In this document: positions 55,668 through 64,000 of the stretch, one piece after another
How the letters are laid out: each line of letters starts with the position of its first letter
How positions within the stretch are numbered: the stretch's first letter is position 1
Assembly (NCBI GenBank): GCA_951406725.2
Contig: OX597814.1
Coordinates: 177,258,001 to 177,322,000, forward strand
Reading direction: 5' to 3'
Source of the DNA: Octopus vulgaris
Taxonomy: Eukaryota
DNA length: 64,000 nt
Made by a program: the position numbers and the translations under genes
The notes under the pieces: model-generated
Database searches by the model: none
Seen by the model: the letters and a program-made list of their open reading frames with translations, nothing else
What the model was told of the DNA's origin: nothing

Positions 55668-56990
55668 GAGAGAGATAGAGATAGAAATTGGAAAAAGATT
55701 GAGTGGAAATGTGAGAGAAAAAAAGCAGAGACCCTAAAGTATGATTGCAAATTAAAGCATTTACAAAATGTATAACTATTTGCGTTAATGATTTGTATTT
55801 AGTCGCTTTCCTAGAAATTTATTTATATACTCTCTTTGGTTTCCTTCCATTCTGCCCCACCCGCTTTTACGTTTGTCCCTTCGTGACATTCATTGTTTGT
55901 GATTTGATAACCACATGGTTAATGTCTATGACCCTCCAGCTATATCTGGGTCCCATATAGGACCCAGATATGGCTGGGAGTCATAGTGAAGCTGTGGATT
56001 CAGAGTTACTCCCACGTGTGGGTCGAGGCGTTCGGCGGCTTCACACCCTTCGATTATGACCTAGAATAAAACAGGGCTATTACCTGAATGGCATGGAATA
56101 ATTAAGGACGATTCCTCTCTATGGACAGGAAAAAACACCTGTCTATATCAACTTATATCTTAATCAAAGTGCATCAGTACTACAATCCAGCAAAAAAACT
56201 TGCCAGTTATATTGTACACATAAATGTTGACTGTAGCTGTTTAGATTTTATGGTTCCAACCTACAGCTGTTACATAGCGATGTTTCCTGATTTACCACTG
56301 GATATTCTGAGACATTTGAAGATAAGTATATTTGTATTAACGACGTGAGATACATTCAGTCAGGTGATAACCAGCGCGCTGTTGATTCTTCTATTACAGC
56401 TGACACATTTTCAACTTAGTTAACAGCAAATACGTATTTATGTAATGCTAATGGCTACCCTGTCACCGTATAACAGTTAAATGTAAAACAAGACATTTTA
56501 AAAATTAATTTTAGAGCACAGTATGAAAATTACATAAAACTCAATATAATCAGTGAATATTACATAACATACGGTTTATGGATTTATTATGAGCGGACGC
56601 TCCACATTTTCAGTAAAAGAGGGAATAAGATTACATAACAAGAATACTACTTTCCAAGGTTATAATTGAAATCGTAAGAAACCAGAAGTTCAGACTGGGG
56701 CCTTACACCTTCTATATAGGCCTCGTTAACACAAGTGTATAGTTCTCGTATTAACTCAGTCTCACTCGTTTTTCCTTTCATTACTGGTCATTTTTCTAAT
56801 GTTCCTACACCTCACTGTACTCTGATTAATCTGGGAAATGATTCGGTATTTTCTTCTACACTAAACTGTAACAGTAATTGTATATAATTTTCTAACGAAA
56901 TAAATATTGTATTGCATGATTTTCATTAACAAATAAGTATCATAATGCACGAGCGTGTGTGAGTGTGTGTAGATATACATGCAATATGCA

Positions 56991-57300
56991 CTGGCACTCC
57001 ATCAGTTACGACGACGAGGCTCCAGTTGATCCGATCGTTAAATTCATTAGGAGGTGCCAGAGCACTCCAGAGGCAAGCGTGCCCTTAACGTAGTTCTCAG
57101 GGAGATTCAACATGACACAGAATATAATAAGAGGCCGGCCATTTGAATTACAGGTACAACTCATTTGTGCCAGTTGAGTGGATTGGAGCAACGTGAAATA
57201 AAGTGTCTTGCTCAAGGACACAACGTGCCGCCGGGAATCGAACTCATGACCTTACGACTATGAGCCGATTACCTCATCACTAAGTCAGGCGCCTTCACAC
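56991..57300 (-). mobile_element. Family-D tRNA-derived SINE (CORE-like segment) with exact 10-bp TSD
   Basis: Minus strand has B box GAGTTCGATTCC and TGTGTCCTTGAGCAAGACACTT. GCAATATGCA occurs at 56981-56990 and 57301-57310. Confidence 0.85.
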
Positions 57301-57343
57301 GCAATATGCATGTATGTATATATATATATGCAAATATATTTAT

Positions 57344-57378
<35 letters not shown>

Positions 57379-57387
<9 letters not shown>

Positions 57388-57594
57388 TTTGAATAAATGA
57401 AAGAATGGAGTTGAACGACAAATTAACAAATTTCCTTTATTTTCGACATATGTTTCGAAGGCTGCATATTCCTAATTGTGAAGGAATAAGGAGTACATTA
57501 GGAATATGCAGCCTTCGAAACATATGTCGAAAATAAAGGAAATTTGTTAATTTGTCGTTCAACTCCATTCTTTCATTTATTCAAAAATTTTATA
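57379..57594. mobile_element. Perfect fold-back next to (TA)n (98-bp arms, 20-bp spacer) carrying the 3' half of a hammerhead
   Basis: Arms 57379-57476 and 57497-57594. GAAAC-ATAT-GTC at 57517-57528 and its complement at 57445-57456. Confidence 0.7.
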
Positions 57595-57736
57595 AAAATA
57601 CACACAAATTTCCACATGAAAACACGTAGTCTCTGCCCTAGGCACGTAACTTCAACCGTGTTATTTCTGATGTGAATTTGCTATCCAGGTATCGGTTAAA
57701 CGAATTATCCATAAAAATATATTTCATTTTTCTACT

Positions 57737-57838
<102 letters not shown>

Positions 57839-58051
57839 TACATATACATAGACGAACAACAATTTCTGTTTTGGTAGTCAGAAGAATCATGCATGAGGAG
57901 AAATTTTCAGTAACAATAGTAGCCTAATTTCAGCTTCGAACAAATATGTATGCATGCATGTATGTATGTATGTATGTATGTATGTATGTATGTATGTATG
58001 TATGTATGTATGTATGTATGTATGCATATATATATATTTATATACGTACAT

Positions 58052-58083
<32 letters not shown>

Positions 58084-58761
58084 CACATACTTACATACAT
58101 ATCTAATATACATACTTACACACACACTACACATACGCATAGCTATATGTTCCAGGAGGCTATCAGGTTGTCGAATACAAAGCTTCATTAAATGCTTATA
58201 CCACGGCATACACACACACACACACACACACATATACATATATATATATATAAATTATATATATACATATATGTACGCACACACGCACACACACACTTAC
58301 ACATTCATACAAACATAGCTTTCCATGGACACAAGCACAATTCCCACACGCCCACACATACACACACAACTTTCTTATGCCTTTTTAAGAGAACGGCCTC
58401 CGAATTAGCAAATCGTGATTCTGTGACCTGGTCACATCCCGTTCCTACATCATTAAAGATTAAGTGACATAAAGTTCCGTCTTCGCTAATCAACACTGGA
58501 TCAAGGATTTGGTATTATGTTCTTTTTGCTTACTCGAAGGAGCCTGATTACTGGAGGACTTTCGTTTAATCTGATATTAGCCGCAGGCTTAATTTAATAA
58601 CAAGAACAGAATTTCAAAGGTTAAGTATGACTTATGTGGATTGTGATTAAATATCGATAATTTTCTTGATGTTATTATAAACACATTTGTTAAAACTAGA
58701 TTTGGATATGATATGTTGATATGAGTTAACGATTAAACGCTAATATTATATTGATCTTTTA

Positions 58762-58955
58762 AGGCGGCGAGCTGGAAGAATCGTTAGCACGCCGGGCAAA
58801 ATGCTTTATGTTCTGAGTTCAAATTCCGCTGAGGCTGACCTTGCTTCTAATCCTTTCGAGGTTGATAAAATAAGCACCAGTTGAGACCTTGGGTCGATGT
58901 AATCAACTTACCACCCTCCTCGAACTTTCTGGCCTTGTCTCAAAATTTGAGACAA
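58762..58955 (+). mobile_element. Family-A SINE
   Basis: GGCGGCGAGCTGGAAGAATCGTTAGCACGCCGGGC head plus central domain. Confidence 0.85.
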
Positions 58956-61900
58956 TTACATTATATTGATGTTTTATTTATGAAATTTATTCCAGGATTC
59001 ACGCCAACATTTCTATCGGTTTATATTTACATCTTAAGTTCAATTCGTAAGACGAAGAACAGGTGACTTTGTCAAATCGATATCAAAGCCTGTTTTTCGT
59101 TCCTTGATATGCTACGAATAGCAGCGAAATTTCCCCCAAATTACACATTGGACAATGCGGTTCCTTGTACCCTATGCTTGAAAATAAAACAAACAATATA
59201 GTCACAGGTGTAATTCTTTTAATAATAGTTTTGCTTGATGTGAGCTGATCTTGGTTATAAAACAAGAACAGTAACAACAGCAAAAATTATTACTACTACT
59301 ACTACTAATATCGTGTTTTATTGATCAGAGGACCTGGGTGGATAACGTTGATTCCTACAGGAGTTTGAACTCGCCAACCCGCTTCTTTAAGGTATTTTTT
59401 ATAACGTGTCAATGTATTGGAATATTATATATTTTCGTATATAAAAAGTTAAGCCTTTGACGAGGTAGGGATGTATTTATTTTAATACGCACTCTATCCA
59501 GTTCTGGGCGCTACCAGCTTAGTTTTCATACTATCCTATTTTCCTATTAAAATAAAATGATTTGGAGCGTAAAGATGAGGTAAGCTCATAATATATATCA
59601 TATACAATGTCTTCTATAATATATCTTGACGGTGAAAAAATAATTTTCTCTTGTAGCTAGTTGATTCTAATAATTAGTAGAAATAAAAAATATATTGTTA
59701 AATTTTTAAAGGTGATAACACATGAAAACAAAATACTCCAGAAACTCCCTTAAATGTCTTACTAAGTGTAGTACATTTATTTTTACTTCAAGCAACAAGT
59801 GGAGATGCCTCAATATTTTATTGTGTTTAGCACGATATATTTTTCCGAACTCGGCCATCTTCGTATTTATCTGAATGCCATCAATGTGTTATACTGATGT
59901 TGTTCTTATTTTCAATAAGCAATACAACCCCCCTTAGAAAAGTTGGGAACGAGTTTAATTAAAATAAATCAATAATTTGATTCTTTATGATTAACGTATT
60001 TTTTCTAAATGTATTTCCTCTTCATAGAAATTGCTTAAGAATTAACATTTTCGAAACAGTTTATTCTGTTTTCCCCATTTTATTTTTGCTTTTCTTCTGC
60101 GAAATAACACTATATTTCTAAAATGTTAATGCTTCTTCAGGAAAATAGAGATTGCCTTAAAATTCATTGTAAAATGTAAGAAAATCGAGGACATTTTCTT
60201 TATACTACATTGCATTAATAAGAAACATTTTAGTAAATAAGTACCTTGGAAATTAATCATTAAATATTCAATGACTACTAGCAGCAATATTTCATACACA
60301 GGCCAAAAAGCCAAAGTTTTGGCGTGTGGTCTAGTCGATTATATCGCTGCCACAACTTTACTGATACTTATTTCATCGACTCAGCTGGATGAAAGCAAAG
60401 TCAACCGCATCACAAGAGATTTCTAAAATAAATATAATGACATAAATTTTAAGTGAGATGAATAGCCCATTACTGCGATCCCATTTAATGACAGGCATTT
60501 ATTTTATTGATGTTTGAATTCACAACGTAAAGGTAACCTCACTCACAGCGGTAGAGTATTTTGCCCGATGCTATGCAGATTATGATAAATGTATCCTCGC
60601 TTCTGCTGGTAATATCAATAACAATTTCTAATATAGACATAAGTCCTTAAATTTTGTGGATGAGTATAGTTTGTGATGGATATTTATTTTATCGACCCAA
60701 AGAAACGCAAAGCTGATCTTGGCTGGATTTATAATCAGAAAATATGGGCTATAACCAGATACTGCTAATAGTTTTGTTCGCCGCATTTCCGATTCAGTTT
60801 TAGTGATTATCCCAAAGTCTACTTGTGACAAGTTGTGCTTATTTAGACAACATTCATAATCTGGTAATATTCCATTCTCACATGGGGAAGATTAGTCTAT
60901 ATTTCCGAAGTAAATTTATGTTCGTTAACATGATGTCATTAAAATATCAATAATTTATAATGAAGCACAGGATATATATAACAAAAGACGTAATTTCTTT
61001 AAAGAAAATCATAACGCAACACGTCATATTCAGCTTTTGTTTACGCCTGTGTTAGCTATACTGTCCCTTTATTCATATTCCTTCTGAATGAGCAAAACTA
61101 TGATTTAAACTGTAAACCAAATAACTATATTATTATGAAACTAACAAATAAATTAGAGCAACATTTACAACCTATTACAGTCGCTCATTGTTCAAACCGT
61201 TTAAAAGCTAAGGAAGATGTCTCTGAAGCCACAAATGTTGAAATTCTGTGGTGTTATATTTAATTAATTAGACAATAATAACCATTGGGGTTTTCAAACA
61301 TCTTTTGATAATATTAGTAATTGGAAGTTGCAGAATTTATCACGGAAATAATCGAATAATTCATTAACATGATATTAAGGAAAACGAAATGACTAACGTG
61401 TTATGAATTATCTAAAATTTCTCATTTATCTCTACACCTCACAAATTTTCCCGACCTTCCAGAAATAAAAGCTAAATTTCCATTAAAATATCACTAGCAC
61501 CTCTTTAAATGAGGTTGTGCACATTAGATAATGTCGTTCTAAATACATACATAAGGGCCAAGAGAAAGATGGAATAGTTAATCATAGTCGTTACGCCTTT
61601 GGTAGCAAGACTGGGTTGATTCGAAGAAGAAAAGTTGGATAAAGCATGTGTGGAGGACTCGTTAACATATTAAATGTAATAACAATAGCAGGAAAACTTT
61701 GTTTCCAAAGTAAATGTCAACGATGAATTATATTGCTTTATATTGTTTTGAGTTTAGTGAATTAAAACACAGCGACGTGAGATAAAGACTTAGTAGTGAG
61801 ATTTAAAGCTCAATTTTGAGAATATTATGCAATACTGAGATGAAAATTTAAATCAATAAGTACAGCAAGTTGCTTGAAAGGAAATACATCTGCTCAAATA

Positions 61901-62649
61901 TTTCATTACGTTCAAATTTCACTAGAGTTGCATATGCTTTTCATTTTCCAGCTCTCCACTTGAGACAATAAAATAAATGAGGTAATACACTAGTTTAGGC
62001 AAAAACTAATATTACTTTTCTTTGAAAGATTTCGCATTATATAACTCGCCAAAAGAAACAGCAATGTCCGTCACTAACTTGGAAACGAATGAAATGAAAA
62101 TCGATAGACTGGTGTCACTAACATCTCGAAACAAATAAACAAACCACAGTTATTTTCACAATTCTTATTTATTTGAATTTAAAAAAATATGACTGTTGCA
62201 AAAAAAAAAAAAAAAAAGAAAATTGGAGAGAAAAATACTTCAAGTGCTGGCAAAGAAGTCCTTCCTCAGTTTGGTTAAGTAGAAATATCGTCTCACTGTT
62301 GATATTCTCTGGAAATTATCAATGATTCACAGTGATTACAACGCATACTCAATCTGCGATTAAATAACAGGTATATGCTATGTTTGTATGAACATGATAA
62401 AAAATATCTTTTTCCTTATATTAATATACTGTCTCAAATTAACGAGTGTGAGGTCTAGCCGAATAAATTGATTTCAGTATATTACTGCTATATATTTCAT
62501 CGACATCCTTAAAGGAATTAAAACTGAAATTCAGGAAGGTCAGAATTCAGAGCGTAGAGGAAGAAAACTAAATATTAGTTTAGTCCAGAAAATCTGAAGT
62601 TTCTGCCTAACCCACACAGTCCTTTCTACGATCATCATAATTTACTTTC

Positions 62650-63037
62650 TTATATTGACATGAGAAAACGCTGAAAAGATTGAGGAGACAAATTCCTCTT
62701 CGGTCAAGCCCTATTCAAACATCTTCAAACTAAATTTTGAGACGGATGAGCACAGGGTGGAGAGGAAGCTACTGCTCTCCATCAAATTTGCTGGAAAGTG
62801 AGAGTGACGTCGGTGACCCGAGTGAATGGGTCCGCAGATTTGAGGACACTGCTGGAAGAGGATACTTTCTAGTGGCAGTGAATGTATCCGAGGGTTTGTG
62901 AATTCCTCGAGTGGTTACAAGTGGCTATCGTCCTGTTGCGTCTTTCATAACATTTCCTGGTCTAATAATGTTCCTTATACTTGTTTTCTCATACTCCTAG
63001 TTTATGCATCGTCCCAACGGTTTTGTATACTTGTATG

Positions 63038-63040
<3 letters not shown>
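62650..63040 (+). mobile_element. Probable L1/Tx1-like LINE 3' end, degraded
   Basis: RVERKLL...KF.GK...TRVNG resembles 73-150 and is followed by a UTR and (TTA)n. Confidence 0.4.
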
Positions 63041-63084
<44 letters not shown>

Positions 63085-63117
63085 GAATGACAGAACAGTG
63101 CATGCCATCAAAGTGGC
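63085..63117 (-). mobile_element. ~560-bp element, extreme 3' tip only
   Basis: GAATGACAGAACAGTGCATGCCATCAAAGTG matches 605-635 and lies within (TTA)n. Confidence 0.6.
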
Positions 63118-63341
63118 TATATTATTATCATTATTATTTACTTTTAATCTGTATGTTTGAAGACGTCGCACGGTATCCCATATCGTGATGTTGTGGCTTC
63201 AAGACTTTGCGTCTACCGGTGGTTTGTACTGTCTGTCAAGTCACAAGGACCCGATAGACATTACTTACGCAATCTTTATTATTATTATTATCATTATTGT
63301 TATTATTATTGATATTGTTGTTGTTTTTGTTGTTGTTGGTA

Positions 63342-63784
63342 AGGCGACGAGCGGGCAGAATCGTTGGCACACCGGATAAAATGCTTAGCTGCATTTTCTC
63401 CGTCTTTTCGTTCTAGATTCAAATTCCACCGAGGTCGACTTTGGATTTCATCCTTTCGGGTTCGATAAAATAAGCACCAGTTGACTACTGAGGTCAATGT
63501 AATCGACTGGCTCACTGTCCCCCCTAAAGTTTTCAAGCCTTGAGCCTATGTTAGAAAAGATTATTTTTATTATTGTTATGATGTTATTATTAATGCAGAG
63601 GATTGGCGAAATCGTTAGAGCGCTGGTATTTCTACCTGCTTTTTACACTCAGCGTTCATATCCCATCGAAGACGACTTTGCATTTTATCATTTTGTGGTC
63701 GACAAGTAAAGTGCCAGTCAAATGTCAATCAGTTTACTCACCTTCCCTCGAAACTGGTGTCCTTATACCAACATTTTAAGAGCA

Positions 63785-63785
<1 letters not shown>
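63342..63785 (+). mobile_element. Two tandem family-A SINEs (63342-63562 and 63595-63785)
   Basis: Consensus head and central domain, with (ATT)n tails. Confidence 0.8.
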
Positions 63786-63787
<2 letters not shown>

Positions 63788-63845
<58 letters not shown>

Positions 63846-63992
63846 TATTATCATTGTTATTATTATTATTATCATTATTATTATTATTATCATTGTTATT
63901 ATTACTATTATTATCATTGTTATTATCATTATTATTAATATTATTATTATTATTATTATTATTGTTGTTGTTGTTGTTGTTATTATTATTAT
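63788..63992. repeat. (TTA)n/(TTG)n microsatellite with variants
   Basis: Direct reading. Confidence 0.97.
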
Positions 63993-64000
63993 GAAAGCGG

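Overview
This is eukaryotic non-genic or intronic DNA, very AT-rich and saturated with microsatellites ((TA)n, (TAA)n, (CA)n, (TATC)n, (CATA)n). The SINE families resemble those of octopus or other coleoid cephalopods; that assignment is from recall, not a database search. I found no intact host gene, rRNA, CRISPR array or intact transposon ORF, and nearly all ORF-track entries are translated microsatellites. Supported content: (i) decayed R4/Dong-type non-LTR retrotransposons (RT, CCHC, restriction-like endonuclease) stacked co-directionally in (TAA)n tracts, plus a ~560-bp non-coding element with the same target and tail; (ii) about four SINE families in dozens of copies; (iii) a non-autonomous Helitron, MITE-like elements and other LINE scraps; (iv) fold-back elements bordered by (TA)n that carry type I hammerhead-ribozyme motifs. 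The best case of (iv) is a near-perfect 484-bp inverted repeat (35826-36309 / 37634-38116) with a canonical hammerhead core in each arm. This points to Penelope-like or retrozyme-like elements, some with non-canonical cores. All alignments and folds were done by eye.
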